A stretch of DNA of 64,000 nucleotides from Aromatoleum sp. (GCF_036675785.1 NZ_JAKFEF010000069.1:46239-110238); one strand, 5' to 3'; counted from the first letter of the stretch, positions 39,166 through 49,610 are shown. Notes: a model not told the origin generated them from the sequence alone. Numbers and translations: made by a program.

Positions 39166-39477
39166 TCAATCCTCGACGACCACGACGCCAGTCATCTCGG
39201 GGTGCGGCCCGCAGTGGTACTCGAAGCGTCCAGCCGCGGGGAACACACGCGTCCATTTCTCGTCCGGGAACAGGCGTTCCGACTCCTCGCCAGTCGCGTT
39301 GAACAGCACCGAATGGCTCGTGCGTTTTTCGCGGTTGACCCAGGTCACCGTGTCGCCGGCGCGTATCCGCAACTCGGCGGGCGCGAACTTGTACTCGGCC
39401 ACGCTCACCTCGTGCTCCGCGGCAATCGCGGTACCGGCCGCCGCCAGTGCGGCGGCGATCAGGATCGGTAGGGGCAT
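39166..39477 (-). CDS. Small cupredoxin (amicyanin/pseudoazurin-like type 1 copper protein)
   Basis: ATG at 39477 lies 5 nt after GGAGG. Signal peptide present. Ligand pattern is H (TSHSV) ... C-G-P-H-P-E-M, which has the amicyanin-like C-x2-H-x2-M spacing. Confidence 0.8.
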   Translation of the reverse strand: MPLPILIAAALAAAGTAIAAEHEVSVAEYKFAPAELRIRAGDTVTWVNREKRTSHSVLFNATGEESERLFPDEKWTRVFPAAGRFEYHCGPHPEMTGVVVVED

Positions 39478-39506
39478 CGGAACCTCCGTCAAGGGTGCGC
39501 ACAGAT

Positions 39507-39541
39507 AAAAAAGCCGTCTCCCGCACGCGCTGGGAGACGGC
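39507..39541 (-). terminator. Rho-independent terminator after the nirB-like gene
   Basis: 10-bp stem GCCGTCTCCC / GGGAGACGGC, followed on the minus strand by T6. Confidence 0.8.
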
Positions 39542-39560
39542 TCGCATGCGCAACGAAAGC

Positions 39561-40439
39561 TTACTGCTTCGCGGCGGTGATGTCGGCCTTCGCGTCGATG
39601 CCGAGATGGTGGCCGAGCGAGACGTGGTGGAAGCGGCCGGCCGCGCTGTCGTCATGGATCGCGAAGCCGAAGTTGTAGGTCTTGCCGCTTTCGAGCTTGA
39701 CGTCGCCTTCGCCACCGCCGGCGAGCTTGCGCGTGAAGACGACCGTCCAGGTGTTGCCGTCGAGCTTGCCGTCGGCGCTGACGAGACCCTTGCCGCCTTC
39801 CATCACGCGCTTGTCGGCGACATAGCCGTCGTAGCCCTTCTTCTCGCCGCTGCGCCACTGGACGAGGTCGTAGAAGCGTCCCTCGGCGAGCGACCCGCCC
39901 TTGACGTACTTCGTCTTCGTCTCGGCCGCGCCCGGCATCGTGCGCGAGTCGTTGTGGCAGCTCGCCCAGCAGCCCGCGAGGTCGGCGAGTTCGACCTTGC
40001 CGCCGGATTCGAGCATGTACGCGATCTTGACCGGGTTCTTGTCGTCCATCTTCGCGCCGCCAGACGCCTTCGGCTGTGTCCACGAGAAGCGGAGATACAG
40101 GTTCTCGCCGTCGTGCGCGGCCTGCACCTTGACGGGAATCGCGGGCGCCTTGCCGGCGATCGGGCTCGGCTCGATCTTCTTGCCGGTCACCATCTTCGTG
40201 CCCATGTCGGACGCTTCTTCATCGTGGCAGTCCGCGCAGCGCTCGCCCTTCTTCAGCGCCCGCGCGCCACCGTGCTCCGTCCCCTTCGTGATCCACTCGA
40301 TCGGCGACACGCCGGGATAGAGCAGCGTGATCTCCTTCGCCGGAATCTTGCTCCAATCCGCCGGCGCCGCCGCGAGCGCGCTGCCCGCTCCCACTGCCAG
40401 CAGAGTGCCGACCGCACTCGCGATCAAGGTCTTTCTCAT
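39561..40439 (-). CDS. nirB: NirB-like dihaem cytochrome c552 (cytochrome c552/EB_dh-type haem-binding domain)
   Basis: Signal peptide, CADCH plus CWASCH, about 30 kDa, and a position directly after nirT as in the P. stutzeri nirSTB cluster. Family assignment is from memory. Confidence 0.65.
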   Translation of the reverse strand: MRKTLIASAVGTLLAVGAGSALAAAPADWSKIPAKEITLLYPGVSPIEWITKGTEHGGARALKKGERCADCHDEEASDMGTKMVTGKKIEPSPIAGKAPAIPVKVQAAHDGENLYLRFSWTQPKASGGAKMDDKNPVKIAYMLESGGKVELADLAGCWASCHNDSRTMPGAAETKTKYVKGGSLAEGRFYDLVQWRSGEKKGYDGYVADKRVMEGGKGLVSADGKLDGNTWTVVFTRKLAGGGEGDVKLESGKTYNFGFAIHDDSAAGRFHHVSLGHHLGIDAKADITAAKQ

Positions 40440-40485
40440 GTTCGCTTCCTCTCAGTGAATGCTCGAATTTCGGGGCTGCCGCGGC

Positions 40486-41097
40486 TCAACCTTCATCTTC
40501 CTCGGTCATGCCTTCCGGCTTGTGGTGCGCGATGCCCTTGTGGCAGTCGATGCACGTCATGTTGTCTTCTCGCGCCATCTCGTGCTGCTTGCGCGCACGC
40601 TGCTTCTGCGTCTCGGTGTTCATGCTCTCGAGGCTGTGGCAGTTGCGGCACTCGCGCGAATCCGAGGCCTTCATCCGCTTCCACTCGTTCCTCGCGAGCT
40701 CCAGCCGCTTGGCTTCGAACTTCTCGCGCGTGTCGATGCTTCCGGTCAGTTTGCCCCACACCTCTTTCGACGCCTGGACCTTGCGGATCATTTTGTGCGT
40801 CCAGTCCTTCGGCACGTGACAGTCGGGACAGGTCGCCCGCACGCCGGTGCGGTTCGAGTAGTGGATGGTCTCCTTGTACTCCTGATAGACGTTGTTCTCC
40901 ATCTCGTGGCACGAAATGCAGAACTTCTCCGTGTTGGTCGCCTCGAGCGCGGTGTTGAAGCCGCCCCAGAAGAAAACGCCCGCAATCACGCCCACCGTCA
41001 GCAAGCCGCCGAGCGAATACTTCATGCTCGGCCGCCGCAAGGACGCCCACGGCCCGCCCCGCTCTTGCCGCTTGTTGTCGCCGCTGTTGTCTGTCAT
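40486..41097 (-). CDS. nirT: NapC/NirT-family membrane-anchored tetrahaem cytochrome c
   Basis: One TM helix and four CxxCH motifs (CISCH, CPDCH, CRNCH, CIDCH). Confidence 0.92.
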   Translation of the reverse strand: MTDNSGDNKRQERGGPWASLRRPSMKYSLGGLLTVGVIAGVFFWGGFNTALEATNTEKFCISCHEMENNVYQEYKETIHYSNRTGVRATCPDCHVPKDWTHKMIRKVQASKEVWGKLTGSIDTREKFEAKRLELARNEWKRMKASDSRECRNCHSLESMNTETQKQRARKQHEMAREDNMTCIDCHKGIAHHKPEGMTEEDEG

Positions 41098-41112
41098 TGC
41101 ATTCTTCCTAGG

Positions 41113-41138
41113 CCATCCCCCGCCGCGGCGGGGGATGG
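41113..41138. repeat. Perfect 26-nt GC-rich palindrome between nirS1 and nirT
   Basis: CCATCCCCCGCCG|CGGCGGGGGATGG. No adjacent T-run. Confidence 0.9.
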
Positions 41139-41162
41139 ATCAGCAGGAGATCGGCAGCGCGA

Positions 41163-42845
41163 TCAATAGATGTCCTGCATTGTGTTGAACACGTTGAACT
41201 TGCCGGTCGGCGTGACGATCGACGGGTCGGTGATGACCTTCTTCAGCTTAAGGGTCTTGTCGTCATAGACGACAATCGCCGACTGGTCCGTCTTGCCGCC
41301 CCACAGCGAGATCCACACCTCGTTGCCCGCCTCGTTGTACTCGGGGTGGGTCGCGCGGCGGATCGCCTTGCTTTCCGGCAGGCCCGAGTCCTTCGCGACG
41401 TCGAGGCGCTGCGGCTCCTTCGACAGGTCGTTCATGTCATATACATACACCGACTCGGCGACCTCCCGCTCCGGGTTCATCGGCGCGTCGGCCCACAGGT
41501 GCTTCGACTTCGGGTGCGTCTTGACGAACAGGTTGCCCGCCCCCGGCATCTTCAGCTCCTGCACGACCTTCCAGTTCTTGTCCTTGTACTTAGCGTACTT
41601 GGCTTCGTCCGACGCGGTCGAGATCACGGAGATCACGTCGGCGCCGAGGTGGCCCGTCGTCCACACCGGACCGAACTGCGGATGGACGAAGTTCGCGCCG
41701 CGGCCCGGGTGCGGGATCTTCGCGGTGTCGATCAGCGCCGCGAGCTTGCCGGTCTTCGTGTCGACCGCCGCGACCTTGTTCGACGCGTTCGCCGCGACCA
41801 TGAAGTAGCGCTTCGACGCGTCCCAGCCGCCGTCATGCAGGAACTTCGCGGACTCGATCGTCGTCGTCTTCAGGTTCTTGATGTCGGTGTAGTCGACCAG
41901 CATAATCTGCCCGGTCTCCTTCACGTTCACGACCCACTCCGGCTTGATGTGCGAGGCGACGATCGACGCGACGCGGGGCTCGGGGTGGTACTCGCCGTCG
42001 ACCGTCTGGCCACGGGTGGACACGACCTTGATCGGCTCCAGTGTCTCGCCGTCCATGATCGAGTACTGGGGCGGCCAGTACGTGCCGCCGATCAGGTACT
42101 TGTCCTCAAAGCCCTTGAACTTCGACGTATCGACCGAGCGCGCGTCCGAGCCGAGGCGGACCGTCGCGACCGTCTTCGGCTCCTCGTACCACATGTCGAT
42201 GATCGTCGTCAGGCCGTCGCGGCCGACCGTATACACGTAGCGACCCGACGCCGACAGCCTCGAGATATGCACGGCGTAGCCGGTGTCGAGCACCTTCCAG
42301 ATCTTGTGCGTGTCACCGTCGATCAGCGCGAGCTTGCCCGCGTCGCGCAGCGTCACCGCGAAGACGTTCTTCAGGTTGATGTTGTTCATCTGCTTCTTCG
42401 GACGCTCGGCAACCGGAACAAGGAGCTTCCAGCTGTTCTTCATGTCCTGAAGCGAGAACTCCGGCGGCACATCCGGCGTGTTCTGGATGTACCGCGCCAT
42501 CATGTTGATTTCGTCCTTCGTCAGGATGTCGTCGTAGTTCACCATCCCGCCTTCGGTGCCGTAGGAGATGATCTTCTCGAGACGCTCCGTGCCGAGCTTG
42601 AGCGTGCCGCCTTCGGTCTTGGTGCCGTCGGCCGCGGTCTTCGTCCAGTGCGGCTCGAGGTTCTTGCCGGTCGCGCCCTTGCGCAGCACGCCGTGGCAGC
42701 CGGCACATCGCTCGAAGTAGATCTGCTTGGCTTTCTCCTTCTCGCCATCGGTCATCTCAGGCGCCGATTGCGCCCAGACCGCTCCGACAGCCATCGGGAG
42801 TACCGCCATGGCCAATGCCTTTCCCATCCAACTATTGTTTTGCAC
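41163..42845 (-). CDS. nirS: Cytochrome cd1 nitrite reductase NirS, copy 1 (short N-terminal arm)
   Basis: GTG start 6 nt after GGAG. CAGCH haem c domain and d1 propeller ([40 protein letters not shown]). Confidence 0.95.
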   Translation of the reverse strand: MQNNSWMGKALAMAVLPMAVGAVWAQSAPEMTDGEKEKAKQIYFERCAGCHGVLRKGATGKNLEPHWTKTAADGTKTEGGTLKLGTERLEKIISYGTEGGMVNYDDILTKDEINMMARYIQNTPDVPPEFSLQDMKNSWKLLVPVAERPKKQMNNINLKNVFAVTLRDAGKLALIDGDTHKIWKVLDTGYAVHISRLSASGRYVYTVGRDGLTTIIDMWYEEPKTVATVRLGSDARSVDTSKFKGFEDKYLIGGTYWPPQYSIMDGETLEPIKVVSTRGQTVDGEYHPEPRVASIVASHIKPEWVVNVKETGQIMLVDYTDIKNLKTTTIESAKFLHDGGWDASKRYFMVAANASNKVAAVDTKTGKLAALIDTAKIPHPGRGANFVHPQFGPVWTTGHLGADVISVISTASDEAKYAKYKDKNWKVVQELKMPGAGNLFVKTHPKSKHLWADAPMNPEREVAESVYVYDMNDLSKEPQRLDVAKDSGLPESKAIRRATHPEYNEAGNEVWISLWGGKTDQSAIVVYDDKTLKLKKVITDPSIVTPTGKFNVFNTMQDIY

Positions 42846-42890
42846 TTCCTTCTCCTTGTGCGATGCGGGATGTCCTACTTACCGGGGTGG

Positions 42891-42932
42891 ATATTGACCC
42901 CTCCGAAACCGGTAATCTTTGATGTGCCTTAA
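42891..42932 (-). promoter_or_regulatory. FNR/Dnr-type box TTAAG-GCAC-ATCAA (42919-42932) plus -10-like CAATAT (42891-42896) upstream of nirS1
   Basis: 22-nt spacing between the box and the hexamer, within the only AT-rich patch of the 285-bp nirH-nirS1 spacer. Confidence 0.55.
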
Positions 42933-43130
42933 ATTTCCACAGACGTTGTGGGGATTAATGCTGAAGCCCCAATCATTGCGATGTGAAATGCCACGCAGGT
43001 AGGGCGCGGCGGCACGAAAAACGGGGACAAACAAGCGCTGCGGCCGGGCTTGCGCCATGCCGGGCGGGTCGTCGGTGGCGAGGCTCACTGCGCTCGGGCT
43101 GGAAGCGAAGGGGGCATGTCGTTCGCGTGT

Positions 43131-43649
43131 TCAGCCGGGAGCGCCGAGGCGCAGCCCGGTCTTTTTCAGGATCGCCGACGAGAACAGCAGGTCGCGGGCC
43201 CGGCATGCGCCGGGGAAGCGCTCGCCGATACGCGCCTCGATATCGCCGATCTGGCGTTCGACGGCGTCCCGATTGCGGCCGTGCACCATCGCGAAGAGGT
43301 TGTACGGCCACTCAGGCAGGCGGCGCGGTCTGCGGTAGCAGTGCGTGACGCCGTCGAGCGCGCCGACGAACTCGCCGACAGCATCGACGCGCGCATCGTC
43401 GATATCCCAGACGCTCATGCCGTTCGCGGTATAGCCGATCGCGTAGTGGTTCGGCACCGCGCCGATGCGCCGGATCACGCCGCGGTCGAGCATCGAGCGC
43501 ACGCGCGCGAGGAGCTCGTCGACGCCGATCCCGACGCTTGCGGCGACCTCGTCCCACGGCCGCGCGACGAGCGGCAGGCCCGCCTGCGTCGCGACGATGA
43601 TGCGGCGCTCGACGTCGTCCGCAGTGCCGATGCCCTGCTGTTCGCCCAT
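43131..43649 (-). CDS. nirH: Sirohaem decarboxylase subunit NirH (AsnC/Lrp-like)
   Basis: 172 aa, RRIIVATQAGLPLVARPWDEVA...SVWDIDDARV...HCYRRPRRLPEWPYNLFAMVHG. Named by its position after nirG. Confidence 0.8.
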   Translation of the reverse strand: MGEQQGIGTADDVERRIIVATQAGLPLVARPWDEVAASVGIGVDELLARVRSMLDRGVIRRIGAVPNHYAIGYTANGMSVWDIDDARVDAVGEFVGALDGVTHCYRRPRRLPEWPYNLFAMVHGRNRDAVERQIGDIEARIGERFPGACRARDLLFSSAILKKTGLRLGAPG

Positions 43650-44131
43650 CACGCCTCCAGCTTCATCTCGACGAAGTACTCCCGTTCCTTCGGGAACCTG
43701 AACACCGGCAGGCCGGTGGCCGCCTCGATCCGCCCCGCGGTGTCCGCAATGCCGGCCGGCGTCTCGGTCGCGAGCACGAACCACATGTTCAGCGCATGCT
43801 CGCGGCGGTAGTTGTGCGCGACCTCGGGAAACGCATTGACCGCAGCGGCGACGCGCTCGAAGTCGGGCTCGGGCACCTGCATCGCCGCGAGACAGAATGC
43901 GCCGCCGATGCGCTCGATCTGGAACATCGGCCCGAAGCGCGTCAGCACGCGCGCATCGAGCAGCCGGCGCACGCGGGCGATGACCTCCGCCTCGGCGAGG
44001 CCGACGCGCTTGGCGACCTCCGCGAACGGCTCGCGGCTCAGCGGAAAGTCGCCCTGCAGCGCGTTGATCAGCGCGCGGTCGGTCGCATCGAGCTCGGCCC
44101 GCGCGCCAGCCGTTTTCATCGTGTCCGTCAT
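43649..44131 (-). CDS. nirG: Sirohaem decarboxylase subunit NirG (AsnC/Lrp-like)
   Basis: 160 aa, DRALINALQGDFPLSREPFAEVA...AHNYRREHALNMWFVLA. ATGA overlaps at both ends. Confidence 0.8.
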   Translation of the reverse strand: MTDTMKTAGARAELDATDRALINALQGDFPLSREPFAEVAKRVGLAEAEVIARVRRLLDARVLTRFGPMFQIERIGGAFCLAAMQVPEPDFERVAAAVNAFPEVAHNYRREHALNMWFVLATETPAGIADTAGRIEAATGLPVFRFPKEREYFVEMKLEA

Positions 44132-45180
44132 GCGGCGGCCTCGGTGAGGTAGCGGGCGCCGTGCTGCTTGAAGCGCCGACAGCTGAACAGCACCGCATGC
44201 GGCCAGCGGTCGAGATCCAGCCGTTCGGCGAGCTCGTCGCGCAGCGCCTGCACGCGGTCGCGCGACTTGCCATGGATCATGCAGAACAGGTTGTAGCGCC
44301 AGTGCGGCGGCACCCGGGTGCGCCGGTAGCACAGCGTGACCGCCGGCTCGCCGGCGAGCAGCCGCCCGAGCGCCGCGACCTGCTCGTCCGGGACGTCCCA
44401 GACGCACATCGCGTTCGCTCGGAAGCCGAGTTCGTGGTGGCGCACGACGACACCGAAACGCTTGATCAGTCCATCGTCGAGCCATCGGCCGAGCAGCGCG
44501 ATCGCCTCGGTCTCGTCGAACCCGGCTCCGCGCGCGAGCGCAGCGAACGGCCGCGGCTCGAGCGGCAGCCCCGCCTGCAGTCCGGTGATCAGCCGGCGCT
44601 CGAGCGGGCCGAGCCCACAGGCACGCTCGCCGAGCGGCGGCAGCTCCGGCGACCGGCGGCGCGCCCGGGGGCGGGCGCCGCCTGCGAGATCGAAGCCGAG
44701 ATCGATGTGGAACTCCTCTTCGAGCGGCAGCACGATGACCATGCAGCCGGTATCGCGCTCGATGTCGGCGACGATCCAGCAGAGTCGCTCGATCGTCGCC
44801 GCGGTAACGACGAACCACAGGTTGAACGCATGCTCACGCTGATAGTTGTGGTTCACCTCGGGGATCGCGCTGACGCGCGCGGCGATCTTGTCGAGTTCGG
44901 CGACCGGTGCCGCGAGCGCCGCGAGCGCGCTCGCACCGACCCGTCGCGGCGCGAATACCGCCCCGACCCGGCTGACGACGCCGGACTCGATCCAACCGCG
45001 CAGCGCCGCGAGCACCTCGTCCTCCGTCAGGCCACACGCATCGCCGACCGCGGCGAACGGCGCCTCGACGAGCGGGAAGCCGCGCTGGAAGTCGTTCAGC
45101 AGCCGGAAGGTCGCCGCCTCGCGCGCGAGCGCGTCGGGCGCGGATCGGATGTTCGCCGCAGTTGCGCTGGCCCCCGCCAT
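44128..45180 (-). CDS. nirDL: Fused sirohaem decarboxylase NirD-NirL
   Basis: 350 aa with two tandem AsnC-like modules (LNDFQRGFPLVEAPF...NHNYQREHAFNLWFVV and RRLITGLQAGLPLEPRPF...CYRRTRVPPHWRYNLFCMIHG). Confidence 0.85.
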   Translation of the reverse strand: MAGASATAANIRSAPDALAREAATFRLLNDFQRGFPLVEAPFAAVGDACGLTEDEVLAALRGWIESGVVSRVGAVFAPRRVGASALAALAAPVAELDKIAARVSAIPEVNHNYQREHAFNLWFVVTAATIERLCWIVADIERDTGCMVIVLPLEEEFHIDLGFDLAGGARPRARRRSPELPPLGERACGLGPLERRLITGLQAGLPLEPRPFAALARGAGFDETEAIALLGRWLDDGLIKRFGVVVRHHELGFRANAMCVWDVPDEQVAALGRLLAGEPAVTLCYRRTRVPPHWRYNLFCMIHGKSRDRVQALRDELAERLDLDRWPHAVLFSCRRFKQHGARYLTEAAA

Positions 45181-45181
45181 G

Positions 45182-46372
45182 TCAGAAACCCGTCCTGAAC
45201 GCGCGGCTCGTGAAGAATATCCCGCTCGGGCTGGCGGCCGGCAGCTCCGCAAGCTTGTCGCGCTTCGCGGTGCCATAGACGACGACCTTGTTGTCGTCGC
45301 GCGCCGAGATCCACACCGCCTCACCCTTCGGCGTGAACTCCATGTGCAGGATCGCGCGGCCGGGCTGAAGCGTGTCGACGACGCGGTGCTCGAATGTGTC
45401 GATGACCTGCATCCAACCGTTGTCGGGGAATGCGAAATTGACCCAGACCTCGCGGCCGTCCGGCCGCGCCATCACGAACACCGGCTGGCTCTTGACCGGG
45501 ATACGGCCGACTTCCTTCCACGTGCCGAGTTCGACGACGAGCACTTCGTGCCGGCCGATCGCCGGTAGGTAGGCGCGGCCGGCGGCAACCGCCCAGCCGC
45601 GCAGGTGCGGCATCTTGTACACCGGCAGCGCCTGCTCGCCGCGGCCGTAGCCGGGCAGGATCGTGCGCACGCCCTGCGCCGGCTGCCACAGGTCGAGCAT
45701 CGACAGTCCGTCCTCGCCGAACAGGCCGGCGATGTAGTAGCGGCCATCGGGCGTCACCAGCGCGTCGTACGGCTGCTTGCCGGCCGGGTAGCGCTCGGTC
45801 TTCGGTTGCCGCGGATCGGAGAAGTCGGTGACGCGGATCTCGTTCGCGTCGAACAGCGAATAGACGAAACGGTTGCCCGGCAGGTCGGCGAGCCCGACGA
45901 CTTTCGATCGCTTGCCGTCGCTGCCATAGGTCGCCGGCACATCGGCGAGCAGTTCGAGCGTGTCGGCGTCGAACGCCTTGATGCCGCCCGGCTCGTAGTT
46001 CTGCGCGACGAGGATGCGGCCATCCTGCGAGATCGCGCCGCCGATCGCGTTGCCCGCCTGCACGACGCGGCCGGCGATCTCGGCGCGCAGCAGATCGACT
46101 TTCGTCAGCCCGCCGTCGCGCCCGAAGACGTATGCGTAGCGGCTGTCGCGCGAGAAGACAACCGACGCGTGCGACAGGTCGCCGAGCCCGGACACCTGCG
46201 CGAGCGCGCGGCGACCGGTCGTCTCGACGACCTGAAGCTGCCCGGTCGCCCGCTCGACGACGACGCCGAGGTCGCCCGTGCCGCGCAGCGCGGCCGGAGG
46301 CTGCGATGCGCACGCCGACAGCAGCAACACCGGAACCACCCACCAGAAGTACTTCGCGAAAGTCTGCAGCAT
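45182..46372 (-). CDS. nirF: NirF (d1-type beta-propeller haem d1 biosynthesis protein), lipoprotein
   Basis: Lipobox LLLSAC, a propeller homologous to the NirS/NirN d1 domain, and no haem c motif. Confidence 0.85.
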   Translation of the reverse strand: MLQTFAKYFWWVVPVLLLSACASQPPAALRGTGDLGVVVERATGQLQVVETTGRRALAQVSGLGDLSHASVVFSRDSRYAYVFGRDGGLTKVDLLRAEIAGRVVQAGNAIGGAISQDGRILVAQNYEPGGIKAFDADTLELLADVPATYGSDGKRSKVVGLADLPGNRFVYSLFDANEIRVTDFSDPRQPKTERYPAGKQPYDALVTPDGRYYIAGLFGEDGLSMLDLWQPAQGVRTILPGYGRGEQALPVYKMPHLRGWAVAAGRAYLPAIGRHEVLVVELGTWKEVGRIPVKSQPVFVMARPDGREVWVNFAFPDNGWMQVIDTFEHRVVDTLQPGRAILHMEFTPKGEAVWISARDDNKVVVYGTAKRDKLAELPAASPSGIFFTSRAFRTGF

Positions 46373-46408
46373 CGGATGTCTCGTTTCGTTTCGGAAGTGC
46401 GTCGCGGC

Positions 46409-46777
46409 TCAGCGCGGCGCTCGCGACCCACCGGCGGGCCCGGGGTCCGACGGAAAACCTTCGATCAGACGCTCGACGATCCACTGCGCCTCGCCCTCGG
46501 AGACGATTCCGCGGAACGGCGGCATCGGCGTGCCGGGCCGGCCGCCGACGATCGTCACGACGAGTCCTTCGACGGGCTTGTCGCGCAGCGTCGCCGGCGT
46601 CAGCGCCGGGCCGAGCCCGCCGGCGAGCGTCAGCCCGTGGCACGACCCACAGTCCTGGCGGACGATATGCACGAGTTCGCGCTGCCGCTCGTCGTCGGGT
46701 GCGGCGCCGCCGGCCTGCGCAGGCGCTGCGACGAGCGCGGCGATACTGGCCGCGAACAGGACAAGTCGATCGGACAC
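46409..46777 (-). CDS. nirC: NirC (cytochrome c55X)
   Basis: GTG start after GAGGG. Signal peptide, single CGSCH, and first position in the d1 biosynthesis operon. Confidence 0.8.
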   Translation of the reverse strand: MSDRLVLFAASIAALVAAPAQAGGAAPDDERQRELVHIVRQDCGSCHGLTLAGGLGPALTPATLRDKPVEGLVVTIVGGRPGTPMPPFRGIVSEGEAQWIVERLIEGFPSDPGPAGGSRAPR

Positions 46778-46875
46778 GCTTCAACCCTCGGTGATGGAAA
46801 CCGCGGCCCGGTCAGTCGCCCGGAACTCGATCCGCGGTGCAGCCGGAGTATCCGCCCCGCATCGATTCGCGCTCC

Positions 46876-46917
46876 TTGATATCGGTTAATTTCCCGGACG
46901 GGAAGTAGGGCTAAAGT
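46876..46917 (+). promoter_or_regulatory. FNR/Dnr-type box TTGAT-ATCG-GTTAA (46876-46889) plus -10-like TAAAGT (46912-46917) upstream of nirE-nirS2
   Basis: 22-nt spacing between the box and the hexamer. The site lies in the divergent nirC/nirE spacer. Confidence 0.55.
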
Positions 46918-46996
46918 GGCGGCGTTCGAACACCTGTTCGCGCCAACTGACATCGCCGCGAGCGACCGTTTCGCGGCATACGCGGAGAGCCCATTC

Positions 46997-47824
46997 ATGA
47001 GCAAGCATGTCGACGGCATCCACAGCCCGGCCCCCCGCGAGGCGCACGCGGGACACTGCCGACCCGGCAAGGTGTACCTCGTCGGTGCCGGGCCCGGCGA
47101 TCCGGAGCTGCTCACGCTCAAGGCAGCCCGTCTGCTCGCCGACGCCCGCGTTGTCGTCTACGACCACCTCGTCGGCGAAGGCATCCTCGGTCTGATCAAT
47201 CCCGCCGCGCGGATGATCTACGCCGGCAAGGAGGCGGGCCACCACGCGCTGCCGCAGGACCGGATCAACGGCCTTCTCGTCGAGCTCGCGCGCGGCGGCG
47301 ACAACGTCGTCCGGCTCAAGGGCGGCGACCCGTTCCTCTTCGGCCGCGGCGGCGAGGAACGGGAGGAGCTGCTCGCGGCCGGCGTCGAATGCGAGGTCGT
47401 CCCCGGGATCACCGCCGCGTGCGGAATCTCGGCCTGTACCGGCATGCCGCTGACGCATCGCGACCACGCGCGCTCGGTCGTCTTCACGACGGGGCACCTC
47501 AAGGACGGGAGCGTCAACCTCGACTGGACCGCGCTCGCGCGGCCGAACCAGACGGTCGTGATCTACATGGGGCTCGGCGCGCTCGACATCATCTGCGCGC
47601 AGCTCATCGCGCACGGGCTCGCCGGCGGGACGCCCGCTGCGGTCGTCCACAAGGGCACGACCGACGGACAGATCGTCGTGACCGAGCGCCTCGACTGCCT
47701 GCCCGGCGCGGTCAGGCGCGCCCGGCTCAAATCGCCCGCGCTGATCATGATCGGCTCGGTCGTATCGCTTCACGCTTTACACGGAGGCGCAGTACAACCG
47801 GATCAACTCGCTATGACGGCGTGA
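46997..47824 (+). CDS. nirE: Uroporphyrinogen-III C-methyltransferase NirE
   Basis: VYLVGAGPGDPELLTLKA...VVRLKGGDPFLFGRGGEE. Confidence 0.9.
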   Translation: MSKHVDGIHSPAPREAHAGHCRPGKVYLVGAGPGDPELLTLKAARLLADARVVVYDHLVGEGILGLINPAARMIYAGKEAGHHALPQDRINGLLVELARGGDNVVRLKGGDPFLFGRGGEEREELLAAGVECEVVPGITAACGISACTGMPLTHRDHARSVVFTTGHLKDGSVNLDWTALARPNQTVVIYMGLGALDIICAQLIAHGLAGGTPAAVVHKGTTDGQIVVTERLDCLPGAVRRARLKSPALIMIGSVVSLHALHGGAVQPDQLAMTA

Positions 47825-47834
47825 CCGCCTATAA

Positions 47835-49610
<1,776 letters not shown>

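Noticed and set aside
42976-42989. TTGCG-ATGT-GAAAT, considered as an NnrR-type (TTGCG-N4-CGCAA) site upstream of nirS1.
   Set aside because: The right half-site shares at most 2 of 5 positions with CGCAA, and the spacing to any -10-like element does not fit.
42879-43088. A 69-aa minus-strand ORF in the nirH-nirS1 spacer.
   Set aside because: It has no SD and atypical composition, and it overlaps the predicted nirS1 promoter elements. It is most likely non-coding.
43131-44273. A 380-aa composite ORF and the 389-aa (43649-44818) and 398-aa (44128-45324) ORFs in the nirDLGH region.
   Set aside because: Only the C-terminal parts show AsnC/NirD-like sequence. The N-terminal extensions are Arg-rich read-through of the neighbouring gene in another frame. 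Starts were trimmed to the ATGs that create the ATGA overlaps.
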